Part shown: in pieces, positions 44,901 through 59,147 of the stretch
Layout of the letters: each line of letters starts with the position of its first letter
How positions within the stretch are numbered: the first letter of the stretch is position 1
Assembly (NCBI GenBank): GCA_000708835.1
Contig: DF237399.1
Location: forward strand, 1 to 64,000
DNA: 64,000 nucleotides
Source: Klebsormidium nitens
Taxonomy: Eukaryota; Plantae; Klebsormidiophyceae
Reading direction: 5' to 3'
Position numbers and translations under genes: made by a program
Notes under the pieces: model-generated
Database searches by the model: none
Told to the model about the DNA's origin: nothing
Seen by the model: only the letters and a program-made list of their open reading frames with translations

Positions 44901-46152
44901 TATCTTTAATCGAAGCTGGTGAATTCTGAGATGCTGATTTAGAGCTGCCGGACAGTCGGACACTGGTTTCAACAAAGTGGATCCAAGTACTCTAAGAGAT
45001 TGGTCAGGCGGCCGTAAACACGTACCTGCCAGTAGGTCGGAGCTATCTTTTTGGTTACGCTGAGCCACAACTGCAGGAGAACAAGCGCCGGTATAAGAGC
45101 AGCCCTCAGCTTGTAACCAGAACCACAGGTCGAGAACCACACTTAGCATTGAAGTGCCCCTTCCAACCATGAACACATCTCAAAGCAAGTAACTTCAAAG
45201 CAGACTTGTAGCAGGTGAATTCTGCACACTGATAGCATTTGCAGTGACATGTACTCACCATTGAATACCCGAATGTATTCAAGACGGCACCTATCAGAAT
45301 GATTGCCCATGGTGGTAGAAGGTTGTACAAAACTCCACTAAGAAGGCCAACGTTACCCCCAATGTCTTTGGCTGCACAGCGTTGAATCAGTAGATTCTTT
45401 CATCTGTCAAGGTGTTGCTACTTTGAAAAGGATATGGTCGGCACAACCGAGGACCTCGATGTGACATATAGTGACTCTCAGACTCCGCATATGGTCCAGG
45501 AGTCAGTTGGTTGATTGGCAGCCTGCAACTTGATCACTTGGCTTCTGCTGACTCTCTCGTTGAGCTTTCTTTCAGCAGCAGATTCGAGCAAATGGCCATA
45601 GCCCCTTATGGATCCATCTCTTCATCAACTGCTAGTTTCATCTCAACCACTCAATCTCTCAGATGGCTGTTGATAATAATGGAACAGTAAGGCTTGGTTG
45701 GGAAGATCTCGTACCTGTCCCCAGTCCATCAATCTCCTCTTGATTGTAATGCAGCTTGTGCTTTATACTCCCAGAGTACAAAGAGAAGACATAAGATATG
45801 CCACCACATGCCTGCACAAGCGATTGCACTGTACTCACAGGCACGCCCTATGCTGCTGCCGTACTACAAACCATAAGCAGAAACTTCCAATGTTTATAAA
45901 GGAACTGCACAAAAGTTTGAGCTACTGCATGCCACAGGAAAAAAAGGTGATGCCACCATGCTGTTCTCAGAGTGCCAACGCACCCAATAGTCTGAAGCAG
46001 TGTCTATTATTGACGTACTCTGGAAACTTACTTCAATTGATCATGCTTTATAGCTCTTCACTTGGTCGAATCGATCGACAACTCACCTGTATCCACATCC
46101 CTACAACCAGGCCGAGCCACTTGTCCTCCCAGACCTCTTGCAACCACCCCAT
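38994..46152 (-). CDS. Nodulin-like / NFD4-like MFS transporter, ~567 aa; complement(join(38994..39015,39826..40107,40888..41124,41553..41705,42075..42316,43035..43118,43461..43511,43828..43986,44435..44519,44733..44800,45026..45070,45259..45371,45715..45811,46087..46152))
   Basis: KWLGLVVGMWIQACGGISYVFSLYS, AKDIGGNVGLLSG, TWFNTAVLVTCMKNFP..RG.VVGLL, GQDFTLLQA, WNFLGRMG.GYISE, ASELFGLEHFGGIYN and CIGPDCFR are nodulin-like MFS motifs. Fourteen exons in continuous frame; the exon 10 acceptor and last exon are less certain. Confidence 0.9.
39250..39825 (-). repeat. Copies of the 3' end of MFS exon 13 in the last intron (two near-full, two fragmentary)
   Basis: gtgcggct.acgcggcaggt.tactgg.acatgcacaagcagcaccg.caaag occurs at ~39665..39725 (donor changed to GC) and ~39506..39570 (GT intact). 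Fragments lie at ~39360..39385 and ~39250..39270. Confidence 0.88.
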
Positions 46153-47905
46153 TGTTACTCAAACTCAGAGGCAGCCACAACTGTCTACTCCTCGATAGGC
46201 TTCTCAGTGGGTTTCAAAGACTGCCAATCAAGGTGTCCTCTCATGCTGTCAGAAGGCGCCACCTATAGTTGCTTGGATGACTACACTCATTGAGCGGGCG
46301 GCTCATTGCACTGGAGGATGGGAGCATGGGATGCCACCACTCCGTGTTGATATGCAATTGAGTTGGTCTTGCAAGCCTTCAAATCAGTTGAAATCCATAA
46401 AGATCTAACTGTTTTGCACTTTTGCCTTCCCTCCACTGTTTGTTGAACTCATTGAAAACCAGCTTTCAAAAGAAGTTGGATTCCCCACAGCACTTGTCGA
46501 AAGGTCTCGTTGAAACAGCTTGGCGGTTGATATTTCAGACTCTGTGTGGCAGGTGCACAACTATCACTTGGAGGCCATCAGTGTGGCTTTCACATTTTGT
46601 TCACAACTCAAATGCCCCTCCAACGGATGCTCATGCTGAAGCTACTTGAAAAAGTCCAGATCTTCAAAGAGACGATCTGCTGATCCAGCTGACATTCAGA
46701 CTTGGACTATTGGCTCTTGGAATGCTGCCTTGAGAACAGAGTAGACTGCCCTCTGAAGCTGGCAACTTCCCGCTGCCCCGCTTTGGTATTTTGGGGGTGG
46801 ACTCGGCGCTTTGCTTGGGGGCGGAATGCTCTCGCTATGCAAGTGAAAGGTGCAACCGAATCCCAGCACCGAGCTGCACCGCATTTGCCACCAACAATGG
46901 TGCACGGGACGTTGCTGCACCGAGGCAGAGCCTTGGATAAAAGAAGCCTTGCAGAAGCTGCACCGTGAAGAGCTGAAGATGTGCAGATTGCATGTCCAGC
47001 GATTGCCCAGCTAGCAGGTGTACCGTGACGGTGTAGCCGCACTCTCTCACTCCTTGCAAGGAGCATAGCCATGAATGACGTTCAACAAAATGGAAAATGG
47101 CGCACTGTCGACATAATTTACCTTCCTTGAGACTTGAGTGACTGACGGGAGTTCTCGAATGAGGCCACGTGTTCTGGTTCTATCGATCCACATGCTCCAG
47201 ATCAACGGCCAGGATCTTTTAAGCAGTCCTAGCAGCATTTGGAGAGTGTGTTAACACCAGCTTGAGAATTCCTTATTGCCCGAATTTGCGCGCTGTCTCG
47301 CCAATTGCTTACGTCATAATTGCTGACAGCCGGCCACGGTGGAAATTCGCATATACGTCCTAAGCAGACACTACCGCAATTTGTAACATCCACGGTAATT
47401 TGGCTGTTTTCGACGACACTTACAGAACATTTCCAAGACTTGCCATCACACCAGATTCGTTGCAAATCAGGATGTCTTTGCTGCAATATTGCTGCAACTC
47501 CGCTGCAATTTGCAAACGGCAGGACTTGAGAAATAGAGAGAAGCACAAGTTGAACACAACTGTACACTGTACAGGTGTCAGCGGCTGAGCTGGCTGGGGC
47601 TCCAGCTTCAAGGTTGCTGATCTGGCGCGAGGCAGCCGTGGGCAGTGGCGCAAAGGCACCATTGCCGCTGGCACCTTCGTTGGAGAGGCGCACCAGTTTC
47701 TTCCGGGGTGGCAGAAGAGCAAAGCTGGTGGTGGTTCCTCAGAGTTGATCTTGCATGGGAGAAGATTCCATCAAGGGTGCCACTGGTTGTCGAGGCTTGA
47801 AAATCGCACGTGTCAGTGTTGTGGACGACGTGCTGGTACAGCTTTTGAATCCGAACTGACACTTCGTGTTGGTGTTTCCCTTGAAGCGCCCCAACCGAAT
47901 TTGAG

Positions 47906-50900
47906 ATGCCTTACATAGGCAGACATGGGTTGGAAACCCTGAAGCGGTACAAATACAGTGGTGTCGATAATTCCCCTCTGGCGAAGTATGTTTTCCAACC
48001 CTTTTGGCGGAAATTCGTCCTCCTTTTCCCAACGTGGTATGCGTAAGTTGCCCAACCCACAAGTTCAACCAGATTCTATTCTACCTTCTGCTTATTGCAA
48101 ATCATGTCTCCTTGTCTCATTGGAATCCTTTTTCTCGACGAATTAGCTCGCCCTATTTGATGCTTCTGGATCTGTTTAAAGAGCCTCTGTGTCATTTGAC
48201 TGCTCCTATCGTGTGGCTATGATGTTGACCACTACAGGTGCGCAATGAGTGAGTGGTGTAGTGATTTCTGAAAAACTGCTGCTCAGCTGCAACTATGTAC
48301 TGACTATTTTCTTTGTTGTCTTGCATCGTCTTTCTCCAGACCAAACCTGGTAAGTGCTGACAGCAGATCTCTGCTGTGGAGTGATTGGTGCAATGTCCCT
48401 GTTGTTGTCCAGTGCACTGCCTTGTTAGATCCATTCATTTCATGTGCATCAAGTGACGCATTTCGCTGCTGCTCCCTTCAGCTTTTCAAGTGACCTCCTC
48501 TATTGTTTGTGCAGATCACCCTGACCGGCTTCTTCTTCATTCTCCTCTCAAGTACAATCAGCTATGTAAGTACCGATCGCTGCTACCGACTTGCCGTCCA
48601 GAGATGATAAGGAAGTCTGGGCCGTCTCAATCCCAGGGGCCCAATGCTTTCTGCTCTGAACTTAGTGTCCTCCTAAGCAGCAGTTATGAGCACTCGGCAG
48701 GTTCTGGTCAAAATGATGTTCCTTTGTCGAGGAGGGGAATCTCCAATGATCCAGTTGCTCTGCTGCTGAGGACATGGAGTATGCATGCATTGCATTGCGC
48801 GAATCCAACGCGAATGCAAAGCAGATTGAAGGGAGTAAAAGAATGAAGACGAACTTTTGCTGTATCTACCGTGAGCAATTAACGGCGACAAAACGAAAGA
48901 TTGGAAGTGGAGTAGCTTGGGGTTTATTCAAAGCTGATTCAACGACATTCTGTTCCCTGCAGTTTTATACCCCATTCCTGGACAACACTTGCCCTTGGTA
49001 CATCTACTTCATCCATGGCCTTCTCCTCTTTCTCTACCAGGTAAAAGCTGATCTGAGATATCATCTGCCCAAGTATTATCCTGTGAAAACTGAAAACTGA
49101 AAACTGAAAGCCAACTGATTAGTTTTGGGAGGACGCTGGACCTTCAGCCCAGATCTTAGTTTCTGTCATTGGGCGTCAAATAGTTTGGTGGACATTTGAT
49201 CAGATGGTTACCGGAAGGAAAATTAGTTCAGCTGGAGCCATGCATTTTGGCGACCGGCTTGAACATTTGTTGCTTAAGGAGGCCGCGTCCTGGAGGGTCT
49301 GGTCAGGTAGTCACACTGTTTGTGAAAACTACAGTCACTCTGCTTTGTAGACTATCAGCACAGTCTCCTGCGACAAAGGGCGGTACTTGTTCTCGTCAGT
49401 CATGTAACCTCGGGGCGCTTCTGCCAGAAGCACTCCGTCTTCAAAACCTGAAAGGTCGTTGTTTCAGCTGACCTGTAATTGCAGTCGTTTTGACGGCCAG
49501 CATCGTGGTCCTTTCTTCAAACATTCGATACTGTTGGTTCAAGTGACCCTCAATGGTTTCGACCATCTCCGAGTGACGCGATTGGCCCCTGTGCTTCCAA
49601 CCATCTCTAAGGCCAGCGTTTTGCCCCTCGCTTGCAGACATTTGACGCTGTTGATGGCAAGCAGGCGCGGCGAACCAATTCCTCGAGTCCGCTCGGGGAG
49701 CTGTTTGACCACGGCTGTGACGCGCTCACAACCTCAGTGAGTGGCGCTCGGAAATCATCCCACCAGTCCGAGTCATCTTCCTCGTCTTCCATCGTTTCGT
49801 TTTGTCCTGTTCTTTAGATACTGATAGCGGCATTGGTGTGATTTGTTGCAAGAACTACGAATTATTAGTTGATGTCTATTCTTTCTGTACTGGAATGCAT
49901 TCATCTCAAAGATTCGACCCTCGATGTCGTCAAAAGTCCGTTGCAAGGAGGCCTTTCCGTTTCGGGTGTACCTTTTGAGAAGTTCGTCGGAAGCTCCTGA
50001 AAGTTGCGACTTTACAACAAACGCCGGCCATGTTTGCTTGACTCTCGTGCATGGGTCAAGGCATGACGCTGGCAACTTTGAACTTCCTAGTGCAGCAGCT
50101 TAGATTCACATGACAAGCGCCTGGCAAGACTTGACAGTCATGAGATTGATTGCACGAACTTACTCCTGTCTTCTTTCATGTGTTCAGTTTGAGACGCTGG
50201 CTCTGGGGTCCACCGTCATGATTGGAAACAAGGTCATGTGGCTCTGGGCAACCGGCGTAGTCCCATTCTACTTCGCCACCTGGGAGCAGTAAGTTGGCTT
50301 TCTGCCCATTCTCTAGTTGCGCCACCTGCTTGTCACGAGCTTACCTGAGAAGCACATTCTAAGGCGTGCTTCCTACACGTTTCAATTGATGGAGCGTTGG
50401 CTGTGAGGAGAAAAGTGCGAATGTTATGTCATAGGGATAGCTTGTATTCAGTGGAGATAAGGAAAAGGTGTTGCACCCTGCATCAGACTCGTGACCCTGA
50501 GGAGTTTGCAAACATACATATAGTCTATCAGATCTCAACGACTAGATTATCTCGTATTGTGTTAAGCAAAGAGTGACCGAATGCCGTTCGAAAATTGCCC
50601 CCTTTGGGAGTGCGATGTGGGACTTCGTCAGATAGCAGTGATTGGCGGCTCCGTGAGAGCTGATTTTGCTACGAATTTAGAAGAATCTGGACAGCCCTTC
50701 TCTGACAGCACTGCCTTTACTTCTGGTTGAGTACGCTCAGTCCGAGCAGAATCATACTGATCCCAATACTTGAAACCAAGTTAGAAACGGGAAACGAGGG
50801 TAGTCCACCTCGTTTCCTTTCACACTTACTCTTATTTCCAATATTCGTGCAACATAGAGCGTTTGGTTATAGTGCCACGTGCCTCTGCAGGTACCACACG

Positions 50901-53900
50901 GGCTGCCTGCTGCTTGGCTTTATGAACGGCCCCACCGAAGGCCTGATGATCATCTACTTCGTGCACTGGATCACCGCCATTTTCGGTGAGTCTCTCAAGA
51001 AGCAATCTGGGGTTTGGGTTTACTGCTGTTCGAAATGGCTTCAACGTACAGCGAACCCCCTGGCAATGGCGCTCTCGAGGGTGGCAACCTGACATCCACA
51101 GCATCAGGAAATTCCGACTATAGTTCGTGGCGACCAGAACGGATTGCTCACCAGGATTCTGGTCGCCGAAGCCTCATAGGTCTGAGGACAACCCGTTCAG
51201 CACTCCACTACTCTTTTTGCAAGCGTTTGGAAGGGAGGGTGTATTGTGCTCCCGAGCCCATCGCTCCGCTGACGTCCTTCCATATTGTGCCGTTCATTCT
51301 ATCGCGGTAGTCGGGAGTCCAGCCTTGCTCGTTTCTGTGGCCTGAGCGTGCTCATATCCCTTCCCGATTGCGATGGAAAGAGAGCGTGGGCGCCCAAATG
51401 GTTTGCCGTTCGGCGACGCGAAAAACTGTATCTTAAACCTTGTCGTCGCCTTGACTGTCCTTTGTTCATGCGCGCCGGCTGTTCGCATCGCACAAGGATG
51501 AACCTTTCTCGGAACATCAATCCATCCGGTGCAGTTGCATCCCGCCACGCCCTTAACGGTTTCGAGTCCTGTAACCCAGATTCAACAGCTGATGTAACTC
51601 ACACAGCGAGTAATTGACGGGAGTCTCCGGTGCAGGTCCTGAGAGGTGGCTTCTGGACTTCAGGACAGTGTTGGGGCTGCCCTCCGATCTGCTGATCGAC
51701 CTTGTTCCAGGTGAGCCGAAAGCTGCGTCTTAGACCGGGAATGTATCGATTCATCGAGCTAGTCGTTTGAGGGACTGGATCCTCTGAGGTTCGTTGGTTT
51801 GGGTAGGTAGAGCGAATCAGTCGGATTCTGAGACCAACTCTAGGTCCTCAGCTCGCTACTCCTGCAGTTCGTTTTGTCGAAGGATTGGATATGTAAATAA
51901 TGCAGGGGCATTTAATACTGTCACGGTCGTGAAAGTCAAGCTTGGTTGTCATTGACGCGAGTTTAAGATGGCTAAGAAGAGCCCCCCCGAGTTTTTCTGG
52001 AAGGATGTGGTTATTTTTGCCGAGCTAATCTCCTTGGTGATTCTTGATTCTAGTTCACCCCCACTAATGTATAAATCTTTTCTCTTCGAAAAGATTGGAA
52101 CCCCCTGCTGGCGCCAGTCTTTCAAGGACCCCGAGTCTTTTCCTTGTGTACGAAATCGTTATTGGCCTGGGAGGCATTGACGTCTGAAGTCCGTTCGTTA
52201 TACCTCACCCCGTTTCCTTGAGCCCTCTGCTCCTCAGGGCTGCTTGGATTCCACATCACCAGTATTGTAAAGTTTTTTTTTGGGAACTTCTTAGTCCTGC
52301 AGGAGAAACAATCCTTCTGCAAAAAGGGAGAGCCTTATAATGAAAGCGGTTCGTCGCCATGGCAGGATGTTGACGCGTCTGTGTTTGCTTTTGCAGAGCT
52401 GTGCCTGCGGGACCTGTGCCTGTTCTCGATGCTCTTTGTTGGAGTTGCCGTCACGGTCTCAATCAAGTGAGCTCCCTCCTGTCCACTTCGAGCCTCCTTT
52501 CCGTTCAGTCTGCTCATCTCTTTCTTAAGGGCTCTTTCAGTCAATCATGCGCTCAATCACAGCTCGTTTCGAACAATGTCCGCTCGTTGATCTCATTTTC
52601 TTGTCTATTTTACTCGTTAGCGGGCTGGTTGATACGATGTGCTTTCAGAAGGTGGCAGGTTGCTTGCATGATAGTACGATAAGCTACTTCGGGTTTGAGC
52701 CCATGTGTTCGAGTTTGCGGAGTAAGCCCGACGAAGAGGATCTTTTTTCCTTTCCCTAAGCTACTTGCTCTGAAAAGCTTTAGAGTTTGCTTTTACCGAA
52801 ACGATTGGGAAGTTGTTAGCGTGGCAGGTTAACCTAATTTGATGACAAGAAGGTTCTACAGTGCTACGGCGACGTGATCATTCCACGAATCGACCAGTTC
52901 ATCGAAGCGGACCCTAACTCGATCATCTTCCCTCCAAAGTGGATCCTCAGAGCCCAGACTTGTTGAAACCTGGAAATGGTGTCCTTAATAACGCTATTTC
53001 GAAAGACGAAACAGCCCTGCGCAACCATTTGGGTTCCTTGTTGGGCGGACACCGTTGGCACAGACACGCCGTTCATTTTTTCCAAAAGCAGCTCTGGGTC
53101 AAATCATTCTTGACTCTGACTCTGATCCTTGAGCTTTTCTTCCCCAGCATCGTGAACGTGCACAAGGCCGTGAAGGAGAAGGGCGGCAGTTTAGTGGAAG
53201 CGTGGCTCCAAGTCATCCCCTTCCTCTCCCTGCTCGCAATGCTCTTGATCTGGTGAGTGTCCTGGACTTTCGCCTCCTAATCGTTCCCGCCGAAAATAGA
53301 ATAGAATGAAGTGAGGGGCGCTAGCCCCACTAACAAACCTGTTTAAGGGGAGTGCAATGCAATGGGGGGGCGCTAGCCCCACTTATGAAATCACTGATGG
53401 GGCTATTGCCCCCTGCTTCGCTCCAATCCCTTTCGGGGAGCGGCGGTTCGCTCCCGGGAAGGAGTGGAATCGCATAGCTACGGGCGATCACCTAAATTTG
53501 ATGAAAAAACCCACTTTCTTCAGAAAATTAGGTCCTATTGACTCTCAAACTACTTCGGTTGATAGTCAATTCCCAGGTTAAGAACACTTTGTGAATGCTT
53601 CTTCTACCATGGCGTCCTGAGACTGCGTGCTTTTGCAAGCTACTAGTATACCAAAACAACGGCCATCTGCAGCGAATCTCCACCTACTCAAGGAGCTGGT
53701 CATGCTCTTCGATGGCGGAACCGTTTGAGGTTTTGATCTGCTTGTGTCAGAGCCGGAGCTCCTACTCCTAAGCGCATGGATTTGAATTTGAATTCTTGGA
53801 ACTTTGTTCACAGCCCTTGCTTCTATCTGCCGAAGGGCTGCCTTCCTTTGTTAGGGGCCTCAAGTAAACCTCAGGTTCGTCGTGAGACACCGTATTTTCA

Positions 53901-56853
53901 CTTAGCTTCGGCCAGAGCTACGGTACTTTGCTTTTTCTCATTCCGTCTATGTCGCTTCTTGCAGGGCCAAGCTTTCCCCTTCCGACTTGGTCAGGACTCA
54001 CCCTTTCCTCTTCATCATCGGTAGCGGGTTCGTCTTCGGGTTCTTGGTGGTAAGTTCAGGCGACGCTTCCCCTCTGCTTCGTGTTTAAACATCAAACTTT
54101 AGAAATAATTTTTGAAGCTGTGCTACCTCTCGTGAAGAAGCAATACCTTCCTTCCTGAAGATCGAAAGCGTCTAATCCGTTCTATGAATCCTTGTGAATT
54201 GCTTTAGCCAGTCTTAAAGAGGATCGTAAAGTCTGTGCATCAAGGCTCCATAGAGGCATCGGATCCTATAGAGGTTGCGAAGATGAGTCAAGAAATGCTT
54301 TGAACCAGAAGTAAAGCAAAGCTTGAAACCCAGAGGCTTGCCCGCTCCGCCCCCATATACACCCGAATAGTGATCCCCGCATCCCTGGTGATTTTGCAAT
54401 TCCCTGGTTGTGTTGAGAGAATATTTCTTATGGAGAGTATGTGTGGAGACACGGACTGCAGAAGGGGGGAATGCTATGCCCTTTGAGCCCTTATGCGAAA
54501 GCCTCTGTTCACATTACACGTCATACATGGAACCCAATCGAACTCGTAGACTCTTAAAGGAGGCCTACCCTTGCGCTGCGCCGAGTTCTTGCAGATTTTG
54601 TACTGGACGCTAAAGCATGAGGGGTGTTCCGAACAAAAGCAAGCGGCGACGTACATGCTGATAACCTGCGTTTCGAATCTTTGCAGGGCCGCATGATTCT
54701 GGCGCATTTAGCAGACGAGCCCAAAGGTATCAAGACGCATATGAGTACGGTGAGTCGACTTTGGCGGGATGCTTTTTAAAACGCCGCGACTCCAAGGCGT
54801 TCTGCACTGTGCGCGTAGATCATAATACCATTAGGTTCTGATTCTGCACGTCAGACCCCCTCAGATTTTCGGTCTGCGATGATTTAGAATGCTTGGAAGC
54901 CTCTGTCACTGTAAAGATCAGGATTCGTTGCAGAATCGGGTATATGTGAAAGCGAAATGTCTGCTGAGCACTTTTAACAAACAAACTATGGTTTTTTTAC
55001 GCGGTCGACAGTCTGTAGTCAATCTGTCACACAGCAGTGAACTTGCGGCGTTGGAAAAAGATTGAGCTGCGCCTGGAGTACAATCCGAAGATTGCGTATC
55101 TACTCTGGTGGCGCTTTTTGCGGGAGTCAGGTGCAATTTGAGCGGGAGGTGTCTGAGCGAATGTTTCTCCGTGCAGGCCATGCTCTTCATTCCCCTAGGT
55201 ATAGCCAACGCGCTTACTGCACAGCTCTTCGACGGGTGAGATTTTGATTTTCACTCTCTTTTTCTCTACAAGATTATCTTAGTCGACCCCTTTGTCTTCT
55301 TGTACAAATTATGCGCTTCCCTTAAACCTGTTCGGATGCGGAAGCCCTTCGCTATCGGTATCAAAGTCGTCCGGAAAGTCGTCCATCTTCCGCACGCAAT
55401 TTTGGACCCTTTGCACGTACCCTCCCTTCCTTCTCTTTCCATCTTGCACCGACCGTTTTCGCCAGAAGAAAAGCACTCTTTAGAATAGACGTGTTTTAGA
55501 TGTGATTGGCTTCGACACCGAGGTCTAGCCCCCTACGAGCTTTCTAAACACCTCGTCCCCATCCTGTTTTCCGGTCTCGTCCTATTCAGCTCTTCGAAGT
55601 CCGCTCCCTCTGCGTCGCTCCTTATCAGCAAGAACTCGTTGTCGCGCCTACTTTACTTTCTCACCCGCTACTTTCTCACCCGTCTTGAGTGCGCTCACCA
55701 TCTTTTGTCCGTTTGGGGTCCCCTTCCTACCGGGTTGGCTTCCGCTTTTAAACTTTCACCACCAATTACTAGTTGTTGTGCCCTCTGCCGTGAGGCCAGC
55801 TAGAAAAGCATCCCCCCCTTTCCGTGTCCCCGTCCCCCCTTTTCTGTCCGTAGCCCCCCCCCTTCTTCTCAGTACCCCGGTGCTGGTCAAGACCCTTAAT
55901 GGAACCGCTCTTTGCTTCTGCAGGCAGCCAATCATCCCCGAGTACTGGATGCTGATAGCTTACAACGTCTGGAGTGGTGAGTTTTGAGACCACTTGCCTC
56001 TCTCTTACGGAAACGGCTGTCAGAGATTCTGCACGAGTTTTGCAACTGGAAAGTGCGAGAACTCGCCATGTCGACCTCGCAAACAGTCGCCAGAGCGTTC
56101 AGCTGCGATCGCGAAGAGGTTTGCTTTCCGCAGTTTAGCTGCTGTGAGAGGAGCGCAGACATTGTCAACGGTTGCCGCTGTTCACATGTTGATTTTGTAG
56201 GAAAGCTTTGTCCCTTATAGCGGGCGACTGGTTGAGGAGCAAGATTTTGCATGCAAAGTCTTGAGTATTTCAGTGCCCCATGTATGGTTCCTAAGTGCCG
56301 TTCCCCGCCTGATTGCCTGCGTTCTTTCTCTTGTGTCCAGCTGGTCTCTACTTCTATTTTGTGAGCAACGTAATCGTGGAGATTCAACAAGCCCTGGGGA
56401 TATCGGCCTTCAAGTAAGCTCGATTTCGGCTCTCACTTCGAACTGCTGACGTCACTGTCGAAATGCGCACTGCTGACTCAATGGACGAGCATGCCGTCAT
56501 GGTCTTGGTCTGCCAGGAGTGTCGTGTTTTGATCCTTGGAACTTGATCGTCATTTTAGAGTCTTGCTTCACTACTGCGCCGTCTTTGTTTTCACGTAGTG
56601 CGAAAGTTTTGGGGATGCTCGACTACGATGACTTTGTTGGGACTAACATGCGTTGAAGGTTGAACGTAAGCAAATCGCTTTGTTTATGATGGCTCTCTGG
56701 TAAATGGAGAACCAGTTTGTAAGGATGTTGTCCTGACGGTCCAGAAGGATGGACCATCTGGACGTACGGTCAAATTTGGTAACGTGTGAAATTGATTACT
56801 GTCTGTTTGTCTATCTGGACAGGATCAAGAGGCAACCCGAGAAGGCAAGTTGA
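47906..56853 (+). CDS. AAPT1: Choline/ethanolaminephosphotransferase (AAPT), ~394 aa; join(47906..48042,48340..48349,48515..48565,48963..49040,49638..49736,50188..50288,50891..50985,51636..51710,52397..52466,53148..53252,53965..54049,54687..54749,55177..55235,55924..55976,56341..56413,56823..56853)
   Basis: [33 protein letters not shown]-alcohol phosphotransferase motif [41 protein letters not shown] and [14 protein letters not shown]. Sixteen exons in continuous frame. Confidence 0.95.
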
Positions 56854-57903
56854 CAGAAGAGACGGAGGTTATGCGGAGTTAGGATTTTTGCGTTAGCTGA
56901 GGTTGTTGTCAGCATTTTGTGCACTGTACGGGCATGCTACGTTATCAGTCTAGCTAGTATAGGTGATCTGCGCAATTCTTTGCCCCTTCCTGTGAAGGGA
57001 GTTGCTTGTGGTTGGAGGGACTATATGTCAATTCTGTCAGTGGATAAGCAGAGTTCTGGCTCTGTGGGTCCAGTCACATGTACTGCTTTTGCTTTGATCA
57101 TTGAAACGGATGGACACTTCGTCAGGCTGTGCAATGGCGATTAATAACATGGTGGCAGTGGACCACCCATCCGATCACCCCATCACCGGCGGTGCACATG
57201 TGTGCATGTTGGCATCCGATCATTGAAACGAAAGAATTCATGCCAGTATACGAGATATCGACTTCATCATTGCAGTAAGTTTGCAGATGCACTGATATGA
57301 AGATTGGCTGCACATCATCTTGCCAGAGCCGGCGGCTGCAACCATGCTCAGTGACAGTGAGCGCATACACAATTAAGATATAGTTGATTGCTCTGTCGCG
57401 TGCATGATCATTTGGACGACCTAGTCAATGACGCGTTTCGCGGCATTCCTGCAGTTTTGCGACGTGACGATAGTCATAACGCAACTGGCGCGGTTAGCTG
57501 AGAGGTACCAGGAATGCAGCTACAGGGCGTATGCGCCACATATGGTCATAACTTTTGTAGGTTTGAGACGCGCACGGCGGGCTTCGGTTGGTAAACGACC
57601 AAAAATATTTCGAGTGCTCACTACTTCAATGGATCTCAAGATGCTCAGGGATGGGTCTAGCGATTCTACTCAGTGAGCTCTGTGATACTAATCAATTTCG
57701 TACGCAAAAGAAAGGAAACTGAAGAACAAATAATAGCCCGGCCATTTGCCTCGTCAAGATGCATGAGTCTGGCTAAGGACTACGAATATCCACTTTGTAC
57801 TCCAATTACTTTTGTCCACCTTAATTGGCGAGTCTGTCACGACCGTTACGACTGAATGTCTGCTCATGTAATTCGCGATCCCCTAGATCGCAAACCTACC
57901 TAC

Positions 57904-59147
57904 TTATGTCGGCAATGCACCATCAGATCCTTCCGGAAAAGTCACACAACGCAGCACTTTACACCGGGGGCACATCAACACTCCTGCCTGCAAGGAACAA
58001 AGCTGAGGGTTGATCATTGTACCCGAGTACGAGAAGCTTCTCTGGCAAATTTGACAAAGTTGACTGCATGGGGTACATAAACAATTGAGCCAACGAATGT
58101 TTGATCAACAACATGGGATGCCCTCAACCAAAACATATTCTGTCATCTTGTAGCTACTTCAGAATCATGTGCAACTTGACTACGGTCTAAACACTCAAGC
58201 TATTGCACCAGTTGAAACCTTGGCACAATCACAAAGCAGCCAGGAGGCAGACAGAAGTATTATAAGTTGGGAGGAAGATTCACATGAAGCTTCCACTCAC
58301 CGCTCGACAGGAAGGACAGCGTCGATACAGCTTTTTCTTCACTTGTATGTTAACCTTTTCTCCTCGGCAGAAATCGCATATAAGCCAACCACTCCCCAGA
58401 CAAATGTCGCATGGAATTTCCGCCTTGAAAGGAAGGGGAATCTGCCGGAGGTAAGAGGAGAGAAGCCATTTAAGAAGTAATCAGTGATTGTCCCTTATAC
58501 AAAGTCCTCCACCCTTCTTGGTGCAATTGACCACTGCTGTCCATTGGGGAATGTGCCACTAAGGAGAGGAGACACTACAAATGAGCTTTCACGTAGCGAG
58601 GAGTCTTCCACGATTCCTTGTGTGGCATAGGCCAAGTAATGAAGGCTGTGAGAGCATGCTTCATCAAAGCTTTTGAGACTGCCACATTACTGAGCAATTT
58701 GTGAAGTTACGCCAAGCGGTTAAATCACTGAATCAACTACTTCAACGAACATAAACATATATTGCTGCACAATCTGTGCTGTCAGCATTCTTGATGAAGC
58801 GGGATATGCACAGGTGGCGTCTCACTTTTAACCAAACCCAGGGGCATGCCATTCTGGTACCACCATTGTGATGCCTGAAGAAACAATCAGAAGATTTGTA
58901 AAATTGAGTCCCTTACATGGAGGTCTTCTGGTCCGTTCTCCGCCCTTACTTTACTGCCACTTTGTCGGCACACATTCTTCCGGTCAGCTATGCCCCTAAA
59001 CTCTCTACAAAACGAATTAGGGACTCTTTTTAAGGACTGCGAAAAGGCGCGTGAGGAAGAAATCTCTGAGCTGGATTCACCACACGATTGGCGCCCTGCC
59101 CAAACCCCGCTGGGCCCGCACTTCCGAAGAAGGACTGCCTCCAACAT
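57904..59147 (-). CDS. DnaJ-type zinc-finger-only protein (DNAJE1-like), probably plastid-targeted, 140 aa; complement(join(57904..57987,58301..58441,58950..59147))
   Basis: A transit-peptide-like exon 1 is followed by CDICLGSGWLICDFCRGEKVNIQVKKKLYRRCPSCRA|AGVLMCPRCKVLRCVTFPEGSDG: four CxxC units with CxxCxGxG. Both introns are phase 0 GT-AG. The zinc-finger exons are missed by the ORF track. Confidence 0.85.

Noticed and set aside
46200-47900. Several 60-150 aa ORFs between the MFS and AAPT starts
   Set aside because: No family motifs, and no frame-consistent exon chain was found.
53310-53460. Repeated ggggcgctagccccact and a small gggagcg/cgctccc hairpin in AAPT intron 10
   Set aside because: No terminal inverted repeats or target duplication define an element, and it is too short to call.
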